A stretch of 64,000 bases of DNA from Actinomycetota bacterium (lineage in GTDB: Bacteria; Actinomycetota; Actinomycetes; S36-B12). A model generated the notes under the pieces. It searched no databases. It saw nothing but the letters and a program-made list of their open reading frames with translations, and was not told where the DNA came from. Shown in pieces: positions 25,995-34,004 of this stretch; within the stretch, counting starts at the first letter, position 1; each line of letters begins with the position of its first letter. The translations under genes and the position numbers were made by a program. Where the stretch lies: the NCBI GenBank assembly GCA_016717115.1, contig JADKGE010000001.1:573598-637597 (forward strand), in the 5' to 3' direction.

Positions 25995-26870
25995 CTAGGC
26001 GTCGGTCGGTCCGGGCCAGGTCGCGAGCGTCGGCAGCGTGACGAGGTTGCGACCCACTTTCGGCTGATCGACCGCGACCACGCCTCTGCCGTCGGGCAGG
26101 AACGCCAGGCCTCCGGCCTTGGTGACCCAGTCGGGCAGGGCCCACACCTGGTCGAAGGAGGCCTCCGTAGGCGCATCGCCGGCAAGCGGCAGCCGGAGCC
26201 GTCCGACGGCGTTGCTCTTGTCCGACAGCAGGTACAGGTTGCCGTCCGGGCCGACGGCCGCATCGGACAGGTCGTCGAGCTCCGCACTGGCCGGCCACCA
26301 CGCGAGGGCCGTGAGGGTGTCCTCGTCGGGCGGAGTCCACCCGTGCGCCGCTTGGCCCAGTGTCTGGGCCGCGACGCCGAGCGGAGGGTCCCCCTGCGGC
26401 CCGAACTCGATGAACCCGGCCGGCTTCTTCTCCTTCACGACGAGCACGTGGCCACCCGGTAGGAGCACCAGGCCCTCGCCGCGTGAGCTGGGATCGGTCG
26501 CCCAGGTCGAGCCGAGTCCGGGCAGATCCGCGCCGTCGAGACCGAAGGCGTGGGTGAGTCGCCGATCGGGCACGTCGAGGACGAGGAGCACCGGCGGGTC
26601 CTCGATGAGAACCAGCGCCTGTCGGATGCCGTCGGTGGCCACTGCCTCGGCCTGCTTGACCCGCGGTGAGCCCGGCGGGGCGGAGATCGTGGACAGGTCG
26701 ATGACGCGCCACCCGGTGACGTCCGTGTCGCCGGCGGCAAGCTCGAGATAGGCGAGGTCGGGCCCGTGGTCGCCCACGGCCACGAGGAAGGTGCCCTGCT
26801 CCCAGGCGGCCACGGCCAGACCCGACACCTCGACCAGCGGGATCGAACCGAAGGAGACGAGGTCAAGGGC
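25995..26870 (-). CDS. beta-propeller-like protein (SdiA-regulated/phytase-like family, tentative); start uncertain
   Basis: The ORF 25995-27056 is protein-like only downstream of about 26870 (LAVAAWEQGTFLVAVGDHG, DLSDAAVGPDGNLYLLSDKSNAVGRL). The upstream part of the ORF runs through a simple repeat and a palindrome and is probably not coding. The stop lies inside the IS target duplication. Confidence 0.45.
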   Translation of the reverse strand, partial: ALDLVSFGSIPLVEVSGLAVAAWEQGTFLVAVGDHGPDLAYLELAAGDTDVTGWRVIDLSTISAPPGSPRVKQAEAVATDGIRQALVLIEDPPVLLVLDVPDRRLTHAFGLDGADLPGLGSTWATDPSSRGEGLVLLPGGHVLVVKEKKPAGFIEFGPQGDPPLGVAAQTLGQAAHGWTPPDEDTLTALAWWPASAELDDLSDAAVGPDGNLYLLSDKSNAVGRLRLPLAGDAPTEASFDQVWALPDWVTKAGGLAFLPDGRGVVAVDQPKVGRNLVTLPTLATWPGPTDA

Positions 26871-26894
26871 CGACCACGAGCGGTGACGCCGGTC

Positions 26895-26940
26895 GCCCAA
26901 GCCCAAGCCCAAGCCCCTGCCCAAGCCCTTGCCTTTGCCC
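26895..26940. repeat. degenerate hexanucleotide repeat (GCCCAA)3-GCCCCT-GCCCAA-GCCCTT-GCCTTT-GCCC
   Basis: Read directly from the sequence. The repeat lies in the divergent intergenic region next to palindrome H1. Confidence 0.8.
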
Positions 26941-26967
26941 ACGCCCCCAAAGTACCCACCCCACTGC

Positions 26968-27031
26968 CGTCGAGTGGCGGCTTGTGGCGGTCCGCTGCGG
27001 GGCCCTTGCCGCCACAAGCCGCCACTCGACG
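26968..27031. repeat. palindromic element H1: perfect 23-bp arms with an 18-nt spacer
   Basis: CGTCGAGTGGCGGCTTGTGGCGG (26968-26990) is the exact reverse complement of 27009-27031. H1 shares the core CGAGTGGCGGCTYGTGGCGG and the 18-nt arm spacing with H2. Confidence 0.9.
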
Positions 27032-27054
27032 GGGAGTGGTGGCAGGGTTGGGGC

Positions 27055-27435
27055 ATGATCGATCACATCGCCATTCAGTGCGCGGACATCGCGGCCAGCG
27101 CTGCCTTCTACGACCGGGTTCTGGCGGAGCTTGGTGGTCGCCGACTCATGGACTTCGGTCCCGTCATCGGCTACGGCGAGGAGTTCCCGTCGTTCTGGCT
27201 CGGGCCGCTGACCACGGGCGAGGGGTTCCGGGAGGCCCACCTGGCCTTCCGGGCACCGAGCCGCGAAGCGGTCGTCGCGTTCCGTGACGCCGCCGTCGGC
27301 CTGGGTGCCGAAGTCCTGCACGAGCCACGGGAGTGGCCGGAGTACCACCCCGGCTACTTCGGCGCCTTCGTGCGGGATCCCGATGGCAACAACGTCGAGG
27401 CCGTCCACCACACCTGGGCTGCCCCAGAAGCCTGA
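27055..27435 (+). CDS. VOC/glyoxalase-family protein (126 aa)
   Basis: Starts at ATG 27055, internal to ORF 26929-27435. The sequence reads MIDHIAIQCADIAASAAFYDRVL and FVRDPDGNNVEAV. Confidence 0.85.
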   Translation: MIDHIAIQCADIAASAAFYDRVLAELGGRRLMDFGPVIGYGEEFPSFWLGPLTTGEGFREAHLAFRAPSREAVVAFRDAAVGLGAEVLHEPREWPEYHPGYFGAFVRDPDGNNVEAVHHTWAAPEA

Positions 27436-27443
27436 CCCCCCCA

Positions 27444-27505
27444 GCCGAGTGGCGGCTCGTGGCGGTCGAAACGACCGTTTCGACCGCCACGAGCCGCCAC
27501 TCGGC
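27444..27505. repeat. palindromic element H2: perfect 30-bp stem with a 2-nt loop; probable bidirectional terminator
   Basis: GCCGAGTGGCGGCTCGTGGCGGTCGAAACG-AC-CGTTTCGACCGCCACGAGCCGCCACTCGGC. H2 begins 9 nt after the VOC stop and ends 14 nt before the stop of the convergent gene. There is no U-tract. Confidence 0.9.
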
Positions 27506-27518
27506 GGAAGTGGGGTTG

Positions 27519-28097
27519 TTACCTTGGGGTTCTTGTCAGCCAGGGCCTTAGCCACTTCGTCAGGTAGGGCACCCCCAGCCAGGTCATCCAGGGCACGATC
27601 AACAGGGTCGACAGGGCCACGCGAAGGAAGATGTTCCACGCGACCACCTGCGGGATCACCAGCCAGTTGATGAGCAGCGACGCCGGATACAGGGCCATCG
27701 CGATGATGCTCGCCGTCTTCCAGCGAGGCGGCGGGGAGGACATCGCCTGCACGCTGGGCGCGAAGATCCCCTCGAAACCGCTGACCGACTGCGGGCGGGT
27801 GGGGCCCTCGACAAGGGGCTGGGCCTTCGCCAGCCACTCACGGCGCACCGAGCTGCCCTCCCAGGCGCTGAGGTCTGCCGCCGTGGCGAAGCTGAAGGCG
27901 ATAACGAGGTCCTCGCGATCGGGCGCCGTCGGCGGGTACAACTGCACCGCGAGGTGGCCCGGAAAGCGCGTGGCCGCCTCGCTGATGCCTTGGCCCCACG
28001 CGGTCAGTTCGTCCTCGCGACCGGGAGCGGGTCGCCGGGACACCACGACCGTCACCGCGAGAGGGGCGGCGACAGGGTCGCGGTCCGGCTCCGTCAT
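27519..28097 (-). CDS. ABM (antibiotic-biosynthesis-monooxygenase-like) domain protein with a C-terminal membrane region
   Basis: Start taken at MTEPDRD (28097). The ABM-like region reads LAVTVVVSRRPAPGREDELTAWGQ...FATAADLSAWEGSSVRREWL. Two to three hydrophobic helices sit at the C-terminus (IIAMALYPASLLINWLVIP and LSTLLIVPWMTWLGVPYL). Confidence 0.6.
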   Translation of the reverse strand: MTEPDRDPVAAPLAVTVVVSRRPAPGREDELTAWGQGISEAATRFPGHLAVQLYPPTAPDREDLVIAFSFATAADLSAWEGSSVRREWLAKAQPLVEGPTRPQSVSGFEGIFAPSVQAMSSPPPRWKTASIIAMALYPASLLINWLVIPQVVAWNIFLRVALSTLLIVPWMTWLGVPYLTKWLRPWLTRTPR

Positions 28098-28191
28098 GAC
28101 ATCCCTTCGTGGTCTGATGAACGTAGTCGGATTCGGCCCACGATGCCGAGAATGCAGGCTAGTTTGGCGACCCAGAAGAAACTGTTCCGCC

Positions 28192-28707
28192 ATGCAGAAC
28201 GAGTGGCTCGCCGGAACCGTGAACCGCCTAACTTCCGAACATCAGGCCCGTCGGGCTGAGAACACATCGCTGGGAGGCTGGATGACGCCGTTCATGGTTC
28301 GGGTGGCTGAGGCGCTCGGCGAGGACGTCGATCCCTCCGACCTGCCAGCAGTTGCCACCCGTCCGGCGGTCATCCGTCCGGTGGGCAAGGGAAACGACCT
28401 TCAGATCGCCTATCGAGGGCTCACGGAGCAACTGGTCTGCGAGGTGAACGCCCTCCTGTACGAGGAGGACGAGCACATGAGCCTCGTCGACGACATCGTG
28501 GGCAACGAGATGATGTTCTCCGTCTACTACAGGGGCCGCGCTGCCGTCGTCTCGACGGTGTTCGGCGAAGGCAAGGCCTACGGCCGCGTCGTCGCCGACG
28601 GACTCGACAACTCCGAGCCCCAGGAACTTGCGGGGCCCGAATCAGTGCAGGACCTTCTCCTTCTCCTCCTTCTGGAGTCGGACACCCCGCGCCATCCGGC
28701 GCACTAG
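28192..28707 (+). CDS. hypothetical protein (171 aa) upstream of the phenol hydroxylase operon
   Basis: ATG at 28192 lies in frame within ORF 27631-28707. The composition is protein-like but I recognise no family. The 3' end contains a 21-nt CT-only tract (28653-28673). Confidence 0.35.
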   Translation: MQNEWLAGTVNRLTSEHQARRAENTSLGGWMTPFMVRVAEALGEDVDPSDLPAVATRPAVIRPVGKGNDLQIAYRGLTEQLVCEVNALLYEEDEHMSLVDDIVGNEMMFSVYYRGRAAVVSTVFGEGKAYGRVVADGLDNSEPQELAGPESVQDLLLLLLLESDTPRHPAH

Positions 28708-28741
28708 TACCTACATCTCGTCATTCATCCAGGAGGTGAGC

Positions 28742-29764
28742 ATGCAATTCGAACTGCGCACGCAGGTGATTGAGCAACGGCGCAAGACCTTCTCGAATCT
28801 CGTGCGGCGATACGGCGATCGGCCGGCATCCCGCTACGAGGAGGGCTCGGTCGACATCCAGGCGACGGAGAACTTCCACTACCGCCCGCTCTGGGCTCCC
28901 GACAAGGAGCTCTACGACCCCGCTTACACGGTCTTCCGGCTCACCGACCCCTACTCCTTCATGGATCCGCGTCAGTTCTACTACGCGCCCTACGTGCAGT
29001 CCCGGGCAGCGATGGGCGACGCGTTCGCCAAGTCCCTGGAGTATGTGGACACCCGCGGCCTGCTGCAGAAGCTGCCGGCCGGATGGGACGCGCTCGTCGG
29101 CGATCTGCTGCTGCCGCTTCGGCACTACGAGGCCGGCGCGGAGCTGATCCTCATCGAGGGCTCACGGTTCGCCTACGGAACGACGATCGAGCAGGCGTGC
29201 ATGTACTCCGCCTTCGATCGCATCGGCAACGCGCAGAGCATCTCGCGTATCGGGATCGTCTACGCGGACGGTCACGATCACGCGCTCAGCCAGGCCAAGG
29301 AGAAGTGGCTCACCGACCCGGCGCTGCAGGGATTGCGACGCCTGATCGAGGAGATGCTGGTCGAGAGGGACTACGCCCGAGAGCTCATCGTCCTCGACCT
29401 CACCGATCGGCTGCTCTACTCGCTGATGTTCACGCATCTCGACGAAGCAGCGCTCATGGGCGGTGCCGGGGCGTACAGCCTGCTGGCGCAGCACTTCGCG
29501 GGCTGGTTCACCGACCAGCGCCGCTGGGTCGACCACCTGATCAAGACGTGGTTCGCGGACGAGGAGTTCGGCGAGGCCAACAAGGCCGCGTTCAACGACG
29601 TGCTCGCCGCTCGCTGGCAGCAGATCGTCGAGGCCGTCGGTGATCTGGCGACCGCTGTCGAGGCGCGGGTCGGCACGGGCGCCGTGGCCGCCTCGGATGC
29701 CGCCGCGTCGGCCCTGGTGACCGACCTCGAAGCCCTTGGCCTGACCGTTCCGGGAGGTAAGTGA
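28742..29764 (+). CDS. multicomponent phenol hydroxylase beta subunit (DmpL-like)
   Basis: SD AGGAGG precedes ATG at 28742. The 340-aa product has sequence typical of soluble diiron monooxygenase small subunits (NFHYRPLWAPD and QFYYAPYV). Its position is first in an L-M-N-O-P gene order. Confidence 0.8.
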   Translation: MQFELRTQVIEQRRKTFSNLVRRYGDRPASRYEEGSVDIQATENFHYRPLWAPDKELYDPAYTVFRLTDPYSFMDPRQFYYAPYVQSRAAMGDAFAKSLEYVDTRGLLQKLPAGWDALVGDLLLPLRHYEAGAELILIEGSRFAYGTTIEQACMYSAFDRIGNAQSISRIGIVYADGHDHALSQAKEKWLTDPALQGLRRLIEEMLVERDYARELIVLDLTDRLLYSLMFTHLDEAALMGGAGAYSLLAQHFAGWFTDQRRWVDHLIKTWFADEEFGEANKAAFNDVLAARWQQIVEAVGDLATAVEARVGTGAVAASDAAASALVTDLEALGLTVPGGK

Positions 29765-30054
29765 TGAGCGTCGAAGCAGAGCCCCGCATGGTGGGCGTCG
29801 ACCTGCAGGAGAACGAGGAGAACAGGGCTATCGTGGAGGCCGTCGAGGCTGACAACGAGGACCTGACCGTTCGTCACATGCCCGGACTGATCCGGCTGAC
29901 CAAGCCTGGTCGCCTGGTGATCAACCAGGCCAGCGTCGAGCAGCGGCTAGGGCGCCCGTGGGAGACCCACGAGTTCCAGCTGGCCATCGTGTCGTATTTC
30001 GGCGAGATCGTTGAGTGGGATGACGACGAGATCGTCATCGCCTGGAAGCACTGA
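29761..30054 (+). CDS. monooxygenase coupling/effector protein (MmoB/DmpM family)
   Basis: About 97 aa. The start (GTG 29761 or ATG 29764) overlaps the upstream stop. Size and position between the beta and alpha subunits fit this family. Confidence 0.8.
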   Translation: MMSVEAEPRMVGVDLQENEENRAIVEAVEADNEDLTVRHMPGLIRLTKPGRLVINQASVEQRLGRPWETHEFQLAIVSYFGEIVEWDDDEIVIAWKH

Positions 30055-30066
30055 GGAGAAGCGAAT

Positions 30067-31596
30067 ATGTCCGTTCCTACCCAGAAGCCCGTCCGCAAGC
30101 TGTCGATGAAGCAGCGGTACTCGGCGCTCACGCACGACCTCGATTGGCCCCTGTCCTACGTCGAGGAAGACGATGCCTTCCCCTACACCAAGTTCGAGGG
30201 CATCAAGGTTCACGACTGGTCCAAGTGGGAGGATCCCTTCCGTCTGACGGTGGAGTCCTACAACAAGTACCAGGCGGAGAAGGACCGTCGCCTGTACGCG
30301 GTTCTCGACGGCTTCGCGCAGAGCCAGGGCCAGCTGAGCCTGAGTGACGCGAGCTACATGAACGCGATGAAGATCTTCCTTCAGGGCATCCCGTCGGGCG
30401 AGTACCAGGCGCACCGCAACTTCGCGCATCTGGCCCGCTACCTCAACGGCCCCGGGGCTCGATTCGCCTCGCTGTGCCAGAGCATGGACGAACTGCGCCA
30501 CGCGCAGACGGAGATCCACACGCTGTCGCACTACAACAAGTTCTTCGGCGGCATGCACGACTGGAACAAGATGAGCGACCGCGTCTGGTACCTGTCGGTG
30601 CCCAAGTCGTTCTTCGACGACGCCGGCACCGCGGGCCCGTTCGAGTGGCTCATCGCCATCGGCTTCTCGTTCGAATACCTGCTGACCAACCTGCTGTTCG
30701 TCCCGTTCATGTCGGGCGCGGCGTTCAACGGCGACCTGCCCACGATGACCTTCGGGTTCTCGGCGCAGTCCGACGAGAGCCGTCACATGACGCTCGGCCT
30801 CGAGGGCATCAAGTTCATGCTCGAGCAGGACGAGGACAACCTGCCCATCGTGCAGGCATGGCTGGACAAGTGGTTCTGGCGCGGATACCGGCTCATCTCC
30901 CTCGTCGCGGGGATGATGGACTACATGCTCCCCAAGCGGGTCATGAGCTGGAAGGAAGCGTTCGAGCTCTACTTCGAGGAGCAGATGCTCAACGGCCTGT
31001 TCAAGGACCTCGCGTACTACGGCATCAAGCCGCCGCGCGACGTCGAGTGGGCCATTCAGGAGAAGGAGATCCTGTCGCATCAGGTGTACTGGATCCTGTA
31101 CCAGTTCAGCCATGCGGCGGCGTTCACCACCACGGTGCCCAATGCTCAGGATCAGGCCTGGCTCGCCGAGGCCTACCCCGAGACGTGGCCGATCTACAAG
31201 TCGGTCGTGTGGGACAAGGCCCAGAAGGTCATGGACGAGGGTGGCCGGTACTTCAATCCCGGTCTGCCGCAGCTGTGCCAGGTGTGCCAGATCCCGATGG
31301 GCTTCACCGAGCCTGGCGATCCGATGACCCAGTGCCAGCGGCACTCGATCTACGAGGGGGAACGCTACGACACCTGTTCCGACGGGTGCAAGTGGATCTT
31401 CGAGCGGGAGCCGGAGAAGTACGTGCAGGCGTGGCTTCCGGTGCACCAGATCTACCAGGGCAACTGCGGTGGCCCGACTCTGCCCGACGTCGCCGTCTGG
31501 TACGGCCTCGAGCCGGGCGACGGTGGCGAGTACGTCGGGTCCATGGACCAGCTCGACTGGGCCGCGTGGCACGCATCGACAGTGAAGGAGGGCTGA
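30067..31596 (+). CDS. multicomponent phenol hydroxylase alpha (diiron catalytic) subunit (DmpN-like)
   Basis: 509 aa. It carries two diiron ligand motifs, SMDELRHAQ and SDESRHMTLG. Confidence 0.9.
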   Translation: MSVPTQKPVRKLSMKQRYSALTHDLDWPLSYVEEDDAFPYTKFEGIKVHDWSKWEDPFRLTVESYNKYQAEKDRRLYAVLDGFAQSQGQLSLSDASYMNAMKIFLQGIPSGEYQAHRNFAHLARYLNGPGARFASLCQSMDELRHAQTEIHTLSHYNKFFGGMHDWNKMSDRVWYLSVPKSFFDDAGTAGPFEWLIAIGFSFEYLLTNLLFVPFMSGAAFNGDLPTMTFGFSAQSDESRHMTLGLEGIKFMLEQDEDNLPIVQAWLDKWFWRGYRLISLVAGMMDYMLPKRVMSWKEAFELYFEEQMLNGLFKDLAYYGIKPPRDVEWAIQEKEILSHQVYWILYQFSHAAAFTTTVPNAQDQAWLAEAYPETWPIYKSVVWDKAQKVMDEGGRYFNPGLPQLCQVCQIPMGFTEPGDPMTQCQRHSIYEGERYDTCSDGCKWIFEREPEKYVQAWLPVHQIYQGNCGGPTLPDVAVWYGLEPGDGGEYVGSMDQLDWAAWHASTVKEG

Positions 31597-31599
31597 GGC

Positions 31600-31923
31600 A
31601 TGCCAGTCGTGGCCATCAGCGAGTACAAGTTCCCGTCCAAGTCCCGCCAGGAGCTCTACGGCGACGACCAGCTCGTCCACGTGTGGTGGAAGGGCAATCC
31701 GTGGTTCGTCGCCGCCGGCTGCTTCCGATTCCCCAAGGCCATGCCGTGGGGGGACTTCGTCGGGGTGCTCAAGGGCTTCTACACGGCCGATCCGGACTTC
31801 GTCCCGGACAGCCTGGACTCGGTCCAGTGGGTCATCGACGACCAGGAGGTGACGCCGGATCCGTCGGCGTCGATGGAAGCCAACGGCGTCGGGCACAAGA
31901 GCCTCGTCCAGTTCAGCGTCTAG
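31600..31923 (+). CDS. phenol hydroxylase small subunit (DmpO/P4-like)
   Basis: 107 aa. It starts 4 nt after the alpha subunit stop. The call rests on size and position. Confidence 0.65.
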   Translation: MPVVAISEYKFPSKSRQELYGDDQLVHVWWKGNPWFVAAGCFRFPKAMPWGDFVGVLKGFYTADPDFVPDSLDSVQWVIDDQEVTPDPSASMEANGVGHKSLVQFSV

Positions 31924-32016
31924 CCGCTTCACAGTGACCCATGTCGCGGTGCCCGGGGGAAGTCGTACCGGGCACCGCGACACACGTGTCTTGGCCCCAC
32001 ATCGCAGGAGCAGCCC

Positions 32017-33081
32017 ATGACCACCGAATACCGGATCACCGTCGAGCCGCTGGGCCGAGACGTGATGTGCCGCGAGGACCAGACCATCCTCGACGCCTGC
32101 CTGAGGGCTGGCGTGTGGGTGCCGCACTCCTGCACGCACGGCACCTGCGCCACGTGCAAGGCGGAGGTCCTCGAGGGCGACGTCGACCACGGGGAGGCCT
32201 CGTCCTTCGCCCTCATGGACTTCGAGCGTGACGAGGGCAAGACCCTTCTGTGCGTGTGCAAGCCGCGCTCCGACGTCACGATCGAGGCGGATGTCGATGC
32301 CGACGATGCCATCGAGGTCTACCCGGTCGAGGACTACGCCGGGACCGTTGTGGGGCTCGAGGAGGTCGCCCTCGACACTCGCCGGTTGCTGATCGAGCTC
32401 GATCGCGACCTGACCTTCAACGCCGGCCAGTACATGGCACTGGCCGTTCCCGGGCACGACGGGGTGACGCGCACCTATTCGATGGCCAACATCCCGACCG
32501 AGCCCCGCGTCCTGGAGTTCCAGATCCGTCGCACGAAGGACGGCCTCGCCACGGATGGCTGGATCTTCAAGGACCTCGCGGTCGGAGATCCGATCAAGCT
32601 CAGCGGGCCGTACGGCCGATTCGTGCTGCGCGTCGATCGCGACGAGCCATCGGTGCTCATTGCCGGCGGTACCGGGCTCGCGCCTATCGCGTCGATGATC
32701 CGCCACGCGCTGGAGAACGACCTCGAGGAGATCGGGCACCTGACCCTCTACCAAGGCGCCCGAACACGCGAATGGATGTACGACGTCGAGCGGTTCCGCG
32801 CCCTCGAGGCCGACTACCCCGACCGCTTCACCTACCGGCCGTGCCTGTCGGAGGAGGAGGCGGAGGGCTTCGCCTCCGGGATGGTCACCGACGTGCTCAA
32901 CGCAGACCACGAGAACCTGAAGGGGTACATCGGCTACGTCTGCGGACCGCCCGGCATGGTCGAGGCCGCATTGAAGACGCTCATGCTCAAGCGCCTGTTC
33001 CCCCGTGACATCTACAAGGAGGAGTTCCTCGACGCCAGTGCAGCAGCGAGCGTCGTACGGTCGCCGTTGATCAAGAGGTAG
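32017..33081 (+). CDS. monooxygenase reductase: plant-type [2Fe-2S] ferredoxin fused to an FAD/NAD(P)H-binding domain (DmpP-like)
   Basis: The Cys cluster reads CTHGTCATCK...C. RTYSMAN is an FAD-binding motif and VLIAGGTGLAP is an NAD-binding motif. Confidence 0.9.
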   Translation: MTTEYRITVEPLGRDVMCREDQTILDACLRAGVWVPHSCTHGTCATCKAEVLEGDVDHGEASSFALMDFERDEGKTLLCVCKPRSDVTIEADVDADDAIEVYPVEDYAGTVVGLEEVALDTRRLLIELDRDLTFNAGQYMALAVPGHDGVTRTYSMANIPTEPRVLEFQIRRTKDGLATDGWIFKDLAVGDPIKLSGPYGRFVLRVDRDEPSVLIAGGTGLAPIASMIRHALENDLEEIGHLTLYQGARTREWMYDVERFRALEADYPDRFTYRPCLSEEEAEGFASGMVTDVLNADHENLKGYIGYVCGPPGMVEAALKTLMLKRLFPRDIYKEEFLDASAAASVVRSPLIKR

Positions 33082-33190
33082 CCGCTCGTCCGGTTCCTGC
33101 CCGAGTGGCCGGTCCGGTCGTTCACATCGCGCATGGCGCCCCGCAGCCGTATCGTGAGTCGGGGGGTCGACGAGAGGGCGGTGTGCCGGA

Positions 33191-33961
33191 GTGGCTGAGC
33201 CTCATCATGAGGGCGAGCTCAAGTCCGTCGCGTCCGCCATCGAGCTCCTCGACTGCTTCGTCACCGACGAGGAGCTCGGGGTCTCGCAGGTGGCCCGACG
33301 CCTCGGAGTCGCGAAGAGCACGGCACATCGGCTGCTGACGACGCTGGCCGCTGGTGGCCTCATCGAGCAGAACTCCGAGAACGGTCGCTACCGCCTTGGC
33401 CTGCGCCTGTTCGAGCTCGGTCACCTTGCCTTGAGCCGAGTGGAACTGCGACGGGAGTCGCGAGCCCTGCTCGAGGAGATGCGCGAGGTCAGCGGGCTCA
33501 CTGTTCACCTGGCCGTGGCCCAGGGCGCGGACACCTTGTATCTGGAGCGGCTGCCGACCCTGCGGGGGATGCAGGCGATGAGCGAGTACCGACGACGCTG
33601 GCCGCTGCACGCGACGTCATCGGGCAAGGCCATCTGCGCCTACGACCCCGTGTCGACCCAGGCGCGGATCGCGGCGGGCTTCCCCGCCTTCACGCCGAAC
33701 ACGGTGGCGACGCGCGAGCAGTTCCTCGCCCAGCTCGCCCAGATCAGGCGTGTCGGCTACGCGCAGGCCAGCGAGGAGGTGATGCTTCGGCTCGCTTCGG
33801 TGGCCGCCCCCGTGCTCGACGCACAGGGCTTCGCCCGCGCGGCGGTCTCCATCACCGGCTCGGTGCAGGACCTCAGCGCCAATCCCGACCGGCTCGGCCG
33901 GCTGGTCGTCAAGGCCTCGCAACGGCTGTCGAAGATGCTCCAGCACCGGGCGCCGGCCTGA
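33191..33961 (+). CDS. IclR-family transcriptional regulator
   Basis: N-terminal wHTH (VSQVARRLGVAKSTAHRLLTTLAAGGLIE) and a C-terminal IclR effector domain (ATSSGKAICAY). Confidence 0.85.
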   Translation: MAEPHHEGELKSVASAIELLDCFVTDEELGVSQVARRLGVAKSTAHRLLTTLAAGGLIEQNSENGRYRLGLRLFELGHLALSRVELRRESRALLEEMREVSGLTVHLAVAQGADTLYLERLPTLRGMQAMSEYRRRWPLHATSSGKAICAYDPVSTQARIAAGFPAFTPNTVATREQFLAQLAQIRRVGYAQASEEVMLRLASVAAPVLDAQGFARAAVSITGSVQDLSANPDRLGRLVVKASQRLSKMLQHRAPA

Positions 33962-34004
33962 CGGCCCCGTATCGCTCGCCGCGTTCTGCGCATACGATCC
34001 ACAG

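Noticed and set aside
26968-27505. Palindromes H1 and H2 might be integron attC sites flanking a gene cassette.
   Set aside because: No intI integrase or attI is nearby. I could not find RYYYAAC / GTTRRRY core sites at the element borders. Real attC sites are imperfect, with extrahelical bases, whereas these arms are perfect.
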